Source: Candidatus Magasanikiibacteriota bacterium
Lineage (GTDB): Bacteria > Patescibacteriota > Patescibacteriia > Magasanikbacterales > GWA2-37-8
DNA: 64,000 nucleotides
Assembly: GCA_016189025.1 (NCBI GenBank)
Contig: JACPGS010000029.1
Location: 15,911-79,910, forward strand
Direction: 5' to 3'
Shown here: one piece after another, positions 9,695 to 25,889 of the stretch
How the letters are laid out: every line of letters begins with the position of its first letter
Position numbering within the stretch: position 1 is the stretch's first letter
Notes under the pieces: generated by a model
Databases searched by the model: none
Seen by the model: the letters and a program-made list of their open reading frames with translations, nothing else
What the model was told of the DNA's origin: nothing
Program-made: the position numbers and the translations under genes

Positions 9695-10324
9695 TTAGAT
9701 TTTGGTTAGCTGTTTTACTTCTTGGATAAAGAATCGTTTTACTGCCGGCCAAGAAATTTTGGTAAACATCTTGGGCATTGCTTGGGCGTCAGCTTCGGTA
9801 AAATAGGTGAGCGATTTATACAGATGATAGGGGTCGTAAGATACACCGGAGAATTGTTTCTGCAAAAAATTTAGCAACTGTTTCAAGGCGATTTGTTCTC
9901 GTTGCAAACAAAGATATAAATCGAGGAAATCCTTTTTGGTATTGCGTCCGGTAATCGCGCCGAGCTTCATCAGGGCAATATCGAGGGGGGTGGCCAAACG
10001 AATCCAGCCCCGGAAGCGAACCGGTTGCTGCCGGAGAGGATAGGGGAAAGTAATGAAGCTTACTTTCACGCCCGCCAGGATGCCTTCTACGGTGTTGGCC
10101 TCTTGATTAGTTAATTCAAAACGAGCCGTCTGTTTTAGTTGTTTTAGGAGCGGCGGGGCGGCAATATTTTTCGCGGTAAAAAAGTCCAAGTCCACCGATT
10201 GCCGGTGACCATAGTGCAGGGCGAGCGCCGTGCCGCCGGCCAAATAAAAATGCTGTAGCCAGCGTTTTCTGCTTAATTTGTTTAACAGACTAGCGGTGGC
10301 GGGGGCGAGCGTGCGGGCAAACAT
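9695..10324 (-). CDS. AbiEii/AbiGii-like nucleotidyltransferase
   Basis: FYLAGGTALALHYGHRQSVDLDFF, MKLGAI and KKDFLDLY. Confidence 0.88.
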   Translation of the reverse strand: MFARTLAPATASLLNKLSRKRWLQHFYLAGGTALALHYGHRQSVDLDFFTAKNIAAPPLLKQLKQTARFELTNQEANTVEGILAGVKVSFITFPYPLRQQPVRFRGWIRLATPLDIALMKLGAITGRNTKKDFLDLYLCLQREQIALKQLLNFLQKQFSGVSYDPYHLYKSLTYFTEADAQAMPKMFTKISWPAVKRFFIQEVKQLTKI

Positions 10325-10326
10325 AG

Positions 10327-10551
10327 TTAGGCGATCTGCCAAAAATTTTTGGTTCGCCGCGAAGTGTTTTTACTGTGAGCGACAATCTGTTTAATGGCCG
10401 AGACGCCATACTGTTTTTTTAGCCACTGCACTGCCCGCCAGTCGCCTTTTTCGGTGAGGCGGGAAATAATAAAAGCGCGGTGTGCCGTTAAGCTAAGCTC
10501 TTGCTGGTCAACATCCCACATAAATTTTTTTACGGGGGCAGGCAGTGTCAT
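10327..10551 (-). CDS. DUF6922-like small protein, putative antitoxin partner
   Basis: FMWDVD...FIISRLTEKGD...WLKKQYG...NFW; immediately upstream of AbiEii. Confidence 0.75.
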   Translation of the reverse strand: MTLPAPVKKFMWDVDQQELSLTAHRAFIISRLTEKGDWRAVQWLKKQYGVSAIKQIVAHSKNTSRRTKNFWQIA

Positions 10552-10647
10552 ATTTAAGATATTGATACCATTATAACATATTTGATAACTAAATCAAACT
10601 GGGGATCAGGCGTTTAAAAAACGCTAGGGGGGCGGGGTTTTCGGCAA

Positions 10648-10716
10648 AGGGAGTATCAAAAATCCCGCATTGCCGCGGGATTTTTGATACTCCCTGAACC
10701 GCGCCGGGTTCAGGGA
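10648..10716. terminator. Long perfect hairpin plus an overlapping second hairpin
   Basis: 21-bp stem 10648-10668/10675-10695. Second stem TCCCTGAACC/GGTTCAGGGA at 10691-10716. Lies downstream of the 10776-11348 gene. Confidence 0.6.
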
Positions 10717-10775
10717 TACTCTTTTGTAGCTACCAAAGAGAGGTGCCCCTTTGACGTGTGGGGCGCACGGGAGTG

Positions 10776-11348
10776 CTAGTGGCCGGCGGAAGGCGGAGGG
10801 AGCCGGCGCTGCCGGCGATCGTCCAGCTGGTTGATGCGGCGCAGGAGGCCAATGAGCCAGCGCCAGAAGCGGTGTCGCCAGGAGCGCTGCCGCTTCTTGG
10901 CGAGCCAGGCATCGCGTTGGGCGCGGAACTCTTCCCAGAGACGTTCTTCCATATTGTCTCCGAGATTGAACTCGGCGATGACCTCTTCTCGCTCGCCGCC
11001 GCATTGGCTGCAGAACTTCTCATTCGGGTAGAACCAGGCAGTGAAGGCCGGCATGAAGTATTTGATTCCATCGAAGTATTCGATTCCATGCTCGTTAAAC
11101 CAGTCTGCCTGGAAGCATGACTTTTCGTGATTGTCGTTATACTTATGCTCAGAGCTACTATTCGTGTACACCCACTGCTCGAAACAGGCCTGGCAGTAGG
11201 GCGGGTAGAATCGCCGGAATTCATGACCGCACTCCGGGCATGCCCGCTCGCTATCCCCTTTCTCGCGCTTGCAGCCCGCACAATAGTCGTGAAAGGTGGT
11301 GTACTTCTGTTCGTCGAGCGTGTAATTCCAGTATTGCAGCCTTCCCAT
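10776..11348 (-). CDS. Hypothetical protein with four CxxC pairs (zinc ribbon-like)
   Basis: CAGC, CPEC, CQAC and CSQC; strong SD AAAGGAGG before the ATG. Confidence 0.65.
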   Translation of the reverse strand: MGRLQYWNYTLDEQKYTTFHDYCAGCKREKGDSERACPECGHEFRRFYPPYCQACFEQWVYTNSSSEHKYNDNHEKSCFQADWFNEHGIEYFDGIKYFMPAFTAWFYPNEKFCSQCGGEREEVIAEFNLGDNMEERLWEEFRAQRDAWLAKKRQRSWRHRFWRWLIGLLRRINQLDDRRQRRLPPPSAGH

Positions 11349-11350
11349 GA

Positions 11351-11581
11351 TTACCTCCTTTTTTTCTTGTTTCGCCTTGGCTTCAAGCCGCCACGAAACA
11401 CTGACATTCCGTCGCCCCAGCCACCGCCGCCCACAAAAGGAGAGGCCAAGCCGCAGTCGAGGTCGGGGTGATTCATTTCCGTTTTGACAACGAGGTGCCG
11501 CCCGTTGCGTCCAGCCGGCGCTGTGGTGATCGTGACGATCACTTGCCCATTTTCAAATGGGATGGTGTTTTTTTTCTCCAC
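11351..11581 (-). CDS. Small hypothetical protein
   Basis: SD AAAGGAG 7 nt before GTG 11581; stop 2 nt before the next ATG. Confidence 0.5.
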   Translation of the reverse strand: MEKKNTIPFENGQVIVTITTAPAGRNGRHLVVKTEMNHPDLDCGLASPFVGGGGWGDGMSVFRGGLKPRRNKKKRR

Positions 11582-11644
11582 CGGCAAACTCCTTTTCAAA
11601 GAACCATGTTCTCCAACCGGCCCATTCCGATTGTTGAACAGAGT

Positions 11645-11673
11645 AGTATATCAGCTTTTGGCTAATTTGTCAA
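11645..11673 (-). promoter_or_regulatory. Sigma70 promoter for the 11581/11348 unit
   Basis: TTGACA (11668-11673), 17-bp spacer, TATACT (11645-11650) on the minus strand. Confidence 0.75.
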
Positions 11674-11723
11674 TATTCTTGTCTATTTTTGACAATTAAA
11701 ATGTCTATAAAATATATTTATGC

Positions 11724-11752
11724 TTGACACAGATAAAAATTGATGCTATAAT
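11724..11752 (+). promoter_or_regulatory. Sigma70 promoter of the TrmB-like regulator, with GACA-N-TGTC inverted repeats nearby
   Basis: TTGACA (11724-11729), 17-bp spacer, TATAAT (11747-11752). ATAGACA...TGTCTAT just downstream and GACA...TGTC upstream. Confidence 0.8.
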
Positions 11753-11775
11753 ATAGACATAAAAATTGTCTATTT

Positions 11776-12534
11776 ATGAAACTTGACCAATTCTTATCGC
11801 ACATTGGCTTCAAAAATAATGAAGCCACAGTGTATCTTGCCACCCTGGAGAGAGGACCAATTTCACCGCCCCAGTTAGCGCGGGAAACCGGCCTGCCGCG
11901 TACCACGGTAAATTTGATTTTACGGCATTTAGTAGAGCGCGGCGTGGTGGGGAAAACGACCGTAAAAAAACGTGTCCGCTATCTTGCCGAACCGCCTGAT
12001 ACGTTGGTGAACAATCTCAAATCATTGATAAAATATGGAGAGGGATTGCTGCCGGAACTGGAGGCGCGTTACAACAAAAATGAGCGCAAGCCCCGCATTG
12101 TTTTTTACGAAGGTGAGACGGCGGTCCAAAAAGTATATGATGATACGCTCTTGGTGAAGCCGCCAGAAATTTTAGAATGGAACACGGATGCATATTTTGA
12201 TTTTGATCAGCACAAGGTAGACCCACATTATATTGATAAGCGAGTTAAGCTCGGCATTAAAGCCAAGCGTATCGCGGGCGCCGGCTCGCGCTGGCAAACT
12301 AAACATCAGCGCTATGACGCGGGTGAACTCGCTGAAACATTGATTGTTCCCAAAAATATCTTTTGGCCGGAGGTAGAAGTAAATGTTTATGGCAGTAAAG
12401 TTGCGTTTCTGAATTATGCCGAAGAGATGTCGCTGATTGTAGAAAGCAAAGCCATTGCCGACGCTATGCGGCAGGCCTATCAGTTAAGCTGGATCGGGGC
12501 GAAGAGTTTGGAGGTGAAGGACGAGGTTAATTAA
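11776..12534 (+). CDS. TrmB family transcriptional regulator
   Basis: N-terminal HTH (GFKNNEATVYLATL...LARETGLPRTTV), PRIVFYEG linker, C-terminal VNVYGSKVAF. Confidence 0.85.
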   Translation: MKLDQFLSHIGFKNNEATVYLATLERGPISPPQLARETGLPRTTVNLILRHLVERGVVGKTTVKKRVRYLAEPPDTLVNNLKSLIKYGEGLLPELEARYNKNERKPRIVFYEGETAVQKVYDDTLLVKPPEILEWNTDAYFDFDQHKVDPHYIDKRVKLGIKAKRIAGAGSRWQTKHQRYDAGELAETLIVPKNIFWPEVEVNVYGSKVAFLNYAEEMSLIVESKAIADAMRQAYQLSWIGAKSLEVKDEVN

Positions 12535-12622
12535 TTGAATATCCCAGCCAGCTTGTTAAGCGTAAGTTCATTGGAAAAACAAAAACCCCGACTGAATCGG
12601 AGTTTTTGTTTGGTCAAGCTAA

Positions 12623-12850
12623 TCAAGGCGCGGTAGCCAAGGCACCCAAGTGTTGTACCGAAAACTGGAACAAGTCAGCCGGTTTTAGACGTCGGGAAAC
12701 TTCAAGAATTTCAATGCCGATCACTTGTCGTCGTTTGTTCAAATCTAAAATTACACCAGTTTCTACTTCACGGCTTTTCCATACTTTTTCGCGACGGGTT
12801 TGCAAATGCAGGTACACTGCATCAGCTTCTCGGTCGTATTCTATCTTCAT
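12623..12850 (-). CDS. DUF2283 family protein (putative antitoxin)
   Basis: MKIEYDREADAVYLHL...ILDLN...VIGIEIL. Confidence 0.85.
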   Translation of the reverse strand: MKIEYDREADAVYLHLQTRREKVWKSREVETGVILDLNKRRQVIGIEILEVSRRLKPADLFQFSVQHLGALATAP

Positions 12851-12865
12851 ATATTTAATGACCAG

Positions 12866-13087
12866 CTAATTATTCCTATCTGCCACTGATATTACCACAT
12901 ACCGGCCCGCCTCGACAACTAGAGTAACCCGTATATACTGTTTCCCCCAATGACGATAATGGTGGTAGCGATCTGGGCCGATAATCTCTCGTCGTTCTGG
13001 GAGATGTATTGTTTCTATTACATTTGTTTGCGGTATCCCCCGCCAGCGCATTCTATTTTTGGCATGGCGAGTGAAATAGATTTTCAT
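12866..13087 (-). CDS. DUF4258 family protein (putative RelE-fold toxin)
   Basis: FTRHAKNRMRWRGI...YIRV...VVISV; paired with DUF2283. Confidence 0.8.
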   Translation of the reverse strand: MKIYFTRHAKNRMRWRGIPQTNVIETIHLPERREIIGPDRYHHYRHWGKQYIRVTLVVEAGRYVVISVADRNN

Positions 13088-13089
13088 AA

Positions 13090-14169
13090 TTATTCCGCCA
13101 GGGCGGGAGCCGGCGCTTCGGAAAGCGCCGCGGCCGGGGCTTCTTCCTCGGGCGGCTCGCCCCGCTCAATCACCTCCCACACCCGGTCGCGGATGGCATT
13201 CATCAATTTAGGATTTTCTTTCAGGAAGCGTTTGGCGGTTTCGCGGCCGACCCCCAGTTTTTCTTCGCCAGATAAATAGGAATTGCCTTTTTTCTCCACT
13301 ACCCGGTAGACCACCGCCGTATCCAGCAGGTCGCCGGCGAGGGAGATGCCCTCGTTATACATAATGTCAAATTCGGTGGTGCGGAAAGGCGCCGCCACCT
13401 TGTTTTTAACTACCTTTACTTTTACCCGATTGCCGATGATTTTATCGCCTTGTTTAATTTGGGCGGCGCGGCGGATTTCCAGGCGCACCGACGAGTAGAA
13501 TTTAAGGGCCACGCCGCCGGGAGTGGTTTCCGGATTGCCGAAGACGATGCCGATCTTCATGCGGGTCTGGTTGATGAAGATGACGATAGTTTTGCTTTTG
13601 CTGACGATGGCGGTAAGCTTGCGCAGAGCCTGGCTCATCAGGCGCGCCTGGAGCCCCATATGCTGCTGGCCCATCTCGCCTTCAATTTCCGCTTTGGGCA
13701 CCAGCGCCGCCACGGAATCTATCACAATTATGTCCACCGCATTGGAGCGCACCAGGGTTTCCACAATTTCCAGCGCCTGCTCGCCGGTGTCGGGCTGGGA
13801 GATTAGCAATTCATCTACTTTTACGCCAATGCGGCGCGCGTAATCCGGGTCGAGCGCGTGTTCCGCGTCCACAAAGGCCGCCAGACCGCCCCCGCGCTGC
13901 ACCTCGGCCACAATATGCTGGGCGAGGGTGGTTTTGCCGCTCGCTTCCGGGCCGTAAATTTCAATAATCCGGCCGCGCGGCACGCCGCGCACCCCCAGGG
14001 CAATGTCTACCGACAGACACCCGGTGGAAACCGTTTCCACCTGCATTCGTTTGGCCTCGCCAAACTTCATAATGGCGCCCTCGCCGAACCGGCTGCGGAT
14101 TTGCTCGATGGCGCTTTCCGCGGCCTTGAATTTTTCCCCGACTGCCTCCTTTAATCCTGGTTTTGCCAT
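13090..14169 (-). CDS. recA: Recombinase A
   Basis: [27 protein letters not shown] and KNKVAAPF. Confidence 0.99.
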   Translation of the reverse strand: MAKPGLKEAVGEKFKAAESAIEQIRSRFGEGAIMKFGEAKRMQVETVSTGCLSVDIALGVRGVPRGRIIEIYGPEASGKTTLAQHIVAEVQRGGGLAAFVDAEHALDPDYARRIGVKVDELLISQPDTGEQALEIVETLVRSNAVDIIVIDSVAALVPKAEIEGEMGQQHMGLQARLMSQALRKLTAIVSKSKTIVIFINQTRMKIGIVFGNPETTPGGVALKFYSSVRLEIRRAAQIKQGDKIIGNRVKVKVVKNKVAAPFRTTEFDIMYNEGISLAGDLLDTAVVYRVVEKKGNSYLSGEEKLGVGRETAKRFLKENPKLMNAIRDRVWEVIERGEPPEEEAPAAALSEAPAPALAE

Positions 14170-14216
14170 ATTCAGGCAGTTAATTAATACGCGTTCCCCG
14201 TCCGCGGGTTAGTAAA

Positions 14217-14894
14217 TTAGTAAGCAGGTTTGCCAGGCCGGACAATGATATGGCGAACAACCGTAGTAGCCGCCCCGTGTTTGCGGCTCGCGGCTACGGT
14301 GACGGTATTTAGGCCCGGGGTCGCTGTCAGCGCAGACTCAAAAGTGCCTTGTTCGGTAACCACCGTAGCCTGCCCGTTGATGGTGAGTTTGGCTTCCGGT
14401 TCAGTTTTGCCCTGCACCAACAGGGTGCCCGGGGAAACCACTTCTCCCTCGCGCGGGGCAAAGAGGTTTAGCATCGGCGGCGCGATGGTGCTCTGCACCT
14501 GTTTGGTAAGAAAGAACAGAAACAAGGCAATGATACTGAAGATCGCAGCCCAGCGCAATAAGTGCCCCCAGGAAGCGAATCGAGAGAAATGGACGGGCCG
14601 GAACGGATGAACCGCAGTACTTTCCCCGGCGGCTAAACGCGACAGTTCCCACACGCATAGTCCGGCATCTAGCCCTAGGAATTCGGCGTAGCTGCGCAAA
14701 TAGGCGGCGCGGAATCCCCAGGAGCGCGGGAGTTCGGCGTAGCGTCCGGCCTCCAGGGCCGCCAGGTATTTGGCCGGTACCCGCGCCGCCACCGACGCGG
14801 CGGCGAGCGATAAAGACGCCGCTTCCCGGGCGGCGCGCAGACGCTCGGACAAGAGGGTGGGTTGGGGCAGCGCGGTGCGGCAGAGAACGGCCAT
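14217..14894 (-). CDS. RodZ-like HTH protein with TM helix and C-terminal Ig-like domain
   Basis: LRAAREA...YLAALEAG...YLRSYAEFLGLD HTH, then a TM helix and a beta-rich C-terminus; downstream of ftsK. Confidence 0.75.
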   Translation of the reverse strand: MAVLCRTALPQPTLLSERLRAAREAASLSLAAASVAARVPAKYLAALEAGRYAELPRSWGFRAAYLRSYAEFLGLDAGLCVWELSRLAAGESTAVHPFRPVHFSRFASWGHLLRWAAIFSIIALFLFFLTKQVQSTIAPPMLNLFAPREGEVVSPGTLLVQGKTEPEAKLTINGQATVVTEQGTFESALTATPGLNTVTVAASRKHGAATTVVRHIIVRPGKPAY

Positions 14895-14918
14895 ATTTTT
14901 TGTTTGGCGTGATTTAAT

Positions 14919-17213
14919 TTACGGCTCTTTTTCTTCCCTCGGTTCTGCCTCTTCCTGCGCTGTTTCGTCAAACACCGAACCGCCGGCGTCTAAGGTATCT
15001 GGCCCCTCGGCCAAAGCATCGGGTACGGCATCCGCTGCCGCTTCAGCGCCCATCAGCACTTCGCGCGGTTTAGCGCCATCAGCCGGCCCTACTATACCAG
15101 CTTCTTCCAGTTCGTCAAGCAGGCGGGCGGCTCGGGCATAGCCCACTTTCAGCCGGCGCTGCAAAAGCGAGGCCGAGGCCTTGCCCGATTCAGTAATCAC
15201 CTGCCGGGCATCATTAAACAGCGGATCCTGGTCATCGCTTAACCCGCCGAACAGGTTAAGCGTGCCACTGCTGCCCCCCGGGAGGCGCTGGGTAATGGCG
15301 TCATCATAAACCGGCGCCGCATCGCCCCGCAGATGTTCTACCACCGCCTTCATTTCGCTCTCGACCACAAAAGCGCCCTGGAGGCGTTTGGGTTTGGATA
15401 GTTCGGCTGTTAATAGCAATAAATCTCCGCGCCCTAGTAATTTTTCCGCTCCCGGCGTATCCAGAATGGTGCGCGAGTCAATTAGGGAAGCGACCGAAAA
15501 GGCGATGCGCGCCGGGATGTTGGCTTTCATTAGGCCGGTAATTACCTCTACGCTGGGTCGCTGGGTGGCTACCACCAGGTGAAGCCCGACGGCCCGCGCC
15601 ATCTGGGCCAGACGAATGATGCCGGCTTCCACTTCGGCCGGTGCCGCGGCCATCAGGTCGGCTAATTCATCCACTACAATTACAATATAGGGGAGCGGCG
15701 CGGCGGCGGTGCGGTTGTACGAAGCAAGATCGCGCGTGTGCGACTCGGCGAGTATGGTAAAGCGCCGCTCCATTTCGTTAATTGCCCAGCGCAGAGCATT
15801 GACGGTTTTGGTAGCGTCGGTTACGACCGGCGTCAACAGATGCGGAATGCCGTTATACAGAGTCAATTCCACCCGTTTGGGGTCAATCATTAAAAAGCGC
15901 AGAGTATCCGGCGTATGCTGGAATAGCAAAGAAAGGATAACCGCATTCAGGCAGACGGTTTTGCCCGATCCGGTGGCGCCAGCCACCAACAGGTGAGGCA
16001 AAGCTGCCAGATCCAGGCACCAGACCCGGCCGGCCACATCTTTACCCAAAGCCACGGTCAGTTCGCCGCGCCGCTCGCGGTATTCTTTGCTTTCCAAAAG
16101 TTCGCGCAGGGTTACCAGCGCTACCCGTTCATTGGGCACTTCCACCCCTACCAGGGGTTGGCCCGGGATCGGCGCTTCCATGCGGATAGGGTGAGCGGCC
16201 AGCGCCAGCGCCAGGTCATTGGTCAGGCCGGTTAGGCGCGAGAGCTTGACGCCTTTGGCAGGCTTTAAGGAATATTGGGTTACCGTGGGTCCCACTCGCA
16301 CCTCGCCCATCTCCACGTCAATGCCGAAGTGGTGAAAAGTTTCGCGGATAATTTCCGCGTTGGCTTTAATGTCGCCGGCGGTGGGTTTGCCGACGCCTTT
16401 GGTTAAGAGGGATAAAGGCGGCAGGCGATAAGACCGCCGCGGGAGCGATACGGTAGTGAGAGTTGGCGCCGCTTCCCCTGGCGCCGCGGTGGCGGGCGCT
16501 GTTGTTGCGGCGGCGGTCTCCGGCACCTCGGCGTCTTCCAGGGGGCGGCGGCGGAAGCGGCGAGCCTCTGACGCAGTTTCTTCTTCCCCGTCAGGTTCGG
16601 GCGGCAGTCGTTCGGAATAGCGACTCCAGTCAGATTCTTGCCGGGGGCGGCCAGCAGTCAGGCGCGACACTAAATTGGCAAGCGCCGACCAGGCCGCCCG
16701 CCCGGCGATACGGAGCGCCGGCCAAAAATTAGGCGAGCCGGAAAAGAAAATTAACAATCCGGCGACGAGCAGCGCCGCCAAAATAATTACAGCGCCCCAC
16801 AGTTCCAGAAATCCGGTGAGCAGCCAGGCCGTAAGGAGCCCCAGGAAGCCGCCCCCGGCGCGCCCTTCGCTAGCCGCCGCTAACATGAGGGTGCGGGCGT
16901 TTTGCAGGTGGAGCAGCCCGGCGGCGCCAGTGGCGAGCAAGATGATGCCAAGCAGCTGATGCCGGTTGCCGGAGGGCCGGCGGCGCACCAGGCGCCAGGC
17001 CGATACCAAAAGCAGTACCGGTACGGCATAGCGCAGCTCGCCCAGGCCAAGCGTCAAAAGCGCCGTTAAAAATTCGCCGGCCAGACCGGCGCGCTGATAA
17101 AAACCCAGCAGGGTAATAATGCCGGCGATAACCAGAAACAAGGCCAGCAGATTATTGCCGGTTTCCGGACGGCGCGCGGGGGCCGGAGTACGGGAGCGGG
17201 CAGGGCGGTACAT
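14919..17213 (-). CDS. ftsK: DNA translocase FtsK
   Basis: N-terminal TMs, PHLLVAGATGSGKT, IDPKRVEL, VVDELADLM, ATQRPS and gamma domain LQRRLKVGYARAARL. Confidence 0.97.
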   Translation of the reverse strand: MYRPARSRTPAPARRPETGNNLLALFLVIAGIITLLGFYQRAGLAGEFLTALLTLGLGELRYAVPVLLLVSAWRLVRRRPSGNRHQLLGIILLATGAAGLLHLQNARTLMLAAASEGRAGGGFLGLLTAWLLTGFLELWGAVIILAALLVAGLLIFFSGSPNFWPALRIAGRAAWSALANLVSRLTAGRPRQESDWSRYSERLPPEPDGEEETASEARRFRRRPLEDAEVPETAAATTAPATAAPGEAAPTLTTVSLPRRSYRLPPLSLLTKGVGKPTAGDIKANAEIIRETFHHFGIDVEMGEVRVGPTVTQYSLKPAKGVKLSRLTGLTNDLALALAAHPIRMEAPIPGQPLVGVEVPNERVALVTLRELLESKEYRERRGELTVALGKDVAGRVWCLDLAALPHLLVAGATGSGKTVCLNAVILSLLFQHTPDTLRFLMIDPKRVELTLYNGIPHLLTPVVTDATKTVNALRWAINEMERRFTILAESHTRDLASYNRTAAAPLPYIVIVVDELADLMAAAPAEVEAGIIRLAQMARAVGLHLVVATQRPSVEVITGLMKANIPARIAFSVASLIDSRTILDTPGAEKLLGRGDLLLLTAELSKPKRLQGAFVVESEMKAVVEHLRGDAAPVYDDAITQRLPGGSSGTLNLFGGLSDDQDPLFNDARQVITESGKASASLLQRRLKVGYARAARLLDELEEAGIVGPADGAKPREVLMGAEAAADAVPDALAEGPDTLDAGGSVFDETAQEEAEPREEKEP

Positions 17214-17282
17214 ACTTACTTACGGTAGTATAGCACAGTCAAACGCTCCGCGCCTCAGAACCACGCGCCCGAGAGTTTGTCT

Positions 17283-17498
17283 AAAAAAATTCCCCGGCCA
17301 AACCGGGGGAACCAACCAAAGTTATTCTTCTTTCACTGCGAGAAGAGCTGGATGTTGCAAAAGCGCGGAGCGAATTTAGAAAACGGTGCCGGTCGTCGCT
17401 TCAAGCGGCGTGTCCGACAGGAGAGAGTATTGTTTTTAGATTCGCTCCGGTAGAAACATCAACTCTTTCGCAGCGAAAGAGCAGCAACCTTGCTGGCC
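17283..17498 (-). ncRNA. Candidate ~215-nt rod-shaped ncRNA (6S RNA-like)
   Basis: Minus-strand TTGACA (17528-17533), 17-bp spacer, TACAAT (17505-17510). Long end-to-end pairing with internal bubbles. Terminator hairpin 17290-17311 plus T7. No credible ORF. Confidence 0.6.
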
Positions 17499-17540
17499 AG
17501 AGCCATTGTAGAAAGGGGCGAAACATTTGTCAAGTGTATT

Positions 17541-17656
17541 TGTGCATAACTATCGGTCGGGTTTTCTGTGGATAACTTTATCAGATTTAACCTGGGACGA
17601 TTTTTTTTATTTTAACCCAGCCATTTTTCGGCAATTTCCGCAGGCAGTTATCCACC
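17541..17656. promoter_or_regulatory. DnaA-box-like cluster
   Basis: TGTGCATAA (17541-17549), TGTGGATAA (17567-17575, perfect match) and TTATCCACC (17648-17656). Confidence 0.55.
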
Positions 17657-17665
17657 GCTTTACAT

Positions 17666-17694
17666 TTGACAAATTTTTGGCTTTCCGGTAAAAT
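17666..17694 (+). promoter_or_regulatory. rpoBC sigma70 promoter
   Basis: TTGACA (17666-17671), 17-bp spacer, TAAAAT (17689-17694). Confidence 0.75.
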
Positions 17695-17926
17695 GGCGCT
17701 ACTTTAATTCAGCTTCTCTCTGGCGTTAGCACTGCCGCAAGCGGAAAACCCTTCCCCGGTCGGCGGTCAATGCAGAGCGCGCTGGCAAAGAGGACGCGGC
17801 GTAACTCACTTTCCATGATGTTAACGTCACCGCCTAACCTCGGCGTGGACCGGCGTACGAAATAGGTTGCGATCAACACTCTTTATCTGACAGAGCGTTT
17901 TTTGTTGTTGTGTTAAATTTATTTTT

Positions 17927-21244
<3,318 letters not shown>

Positions 21245-21322
21245 AAAAAGAGGGTGACCCCACAAAGTAAATAAGCTCGATTTTTTTCCTACTGTCCTAC
21301 TTTCCTACTATCCTAAATTTGT

Positions 21323-25222
<3,900 letters not shown>

Positions 25223-25234
25223 GTTGTCATTAAG

Positions 25235-25263
25235 AAAAAACGCCTGGCGCCAGGCGTTTTTTT
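25235..25263. terminator. Bidirectional-type intrinsic terminator after rpoC
   Basis: AAAAAACGCCTGGCGCCAGGCGTTTTTTT. Confidence 0.8.
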
Positions 25264-25351
25264 GTCGCCGTTATTGACTAGGCGCATAGTAAAATAGTAT
25301 AGTGACAATAAGAGTCCCTTGACAACTCACCACCGGCCAGGAGAGGAAATC

Positions 25352-25777
25352 ATGGACACCCGCATTCTTTCCATCGTCGCTGCTTTCGTATGTTTTCCCA
25401 TCAGCGCCAATAGCGTCACGGTGTGCGACAGCGAGATGCTGAACCAGCCGCCGCGTGAAGCAGTCTTCCTTAGTATCGGCGTCTGCACCGCCATTCTGGA
25501 TGAGGCGCTGGCGCCTTGTCCCGACAAGGCGGAGCTTATCCAGCAGTGCTGCCAAGACCAGCGTGGTGAAATGCGTCATGCCTGCGTCATCGGCCATTTG
25601 ACGCCGGCGGCGCTGGCGCGTCTCGGCGAACGGCTGGCCATGAGCCAAGAGAAAGCCCGGCTCGAACGGAGGTTTGGCAGGACATTGATTATCGTTACTG
25701 TCTTTCTGGCGGTGGTAGCCATCGGTATGGGCATCGCGGTCAACCAGTTGGCTAATCGCCGGCCGGGAGGAAGCTGA
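25352..25777 (+). CDS. Cys-rich hypothetical protein with C-terminal TM helix
   Basis: SD AGGAGAGG before ATG 25352; upstream TTGACT...TATAGT promoter-like pair (25274-25303). Confidence 0.6.
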   Translation: MDTRILSIVAAFVCFPISANSVTVCDSEMLNQPPREAVFLSIGVCTAILDEALAPCPDKAELIQQCCQDQRGEMRHACVIGHLTPAALARLGERLAMSQEKARLERRFGRTLIIVTVFLAVVAIGMGIAVNQLANRRPGGS

Positions 25778-25889
25778 CCACACCGGACGCGCGCGGACGA
25801 GGGGGCCCGCGCGCGTCCTCTCGTCCAATGCGGAGCGCGGCGTGCTCAACCGCCCCTCGACAACTCATCACCGGCAAGGAGAAGGGATC

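Noticed and set aside
10730-11471. Alternative ORFs 10730-11281, 10758-11120 and 11127-11471
   Set aside because: They overlap the SD-led CxxC gene and have Ser/Ala/Arg-biased shadow composition.
17520-17700. Replication origin
   Set aside because: Only three boxes, no dnaA/dnaN nearby, no clear unwinding element, and the region is occupied by two promoters.
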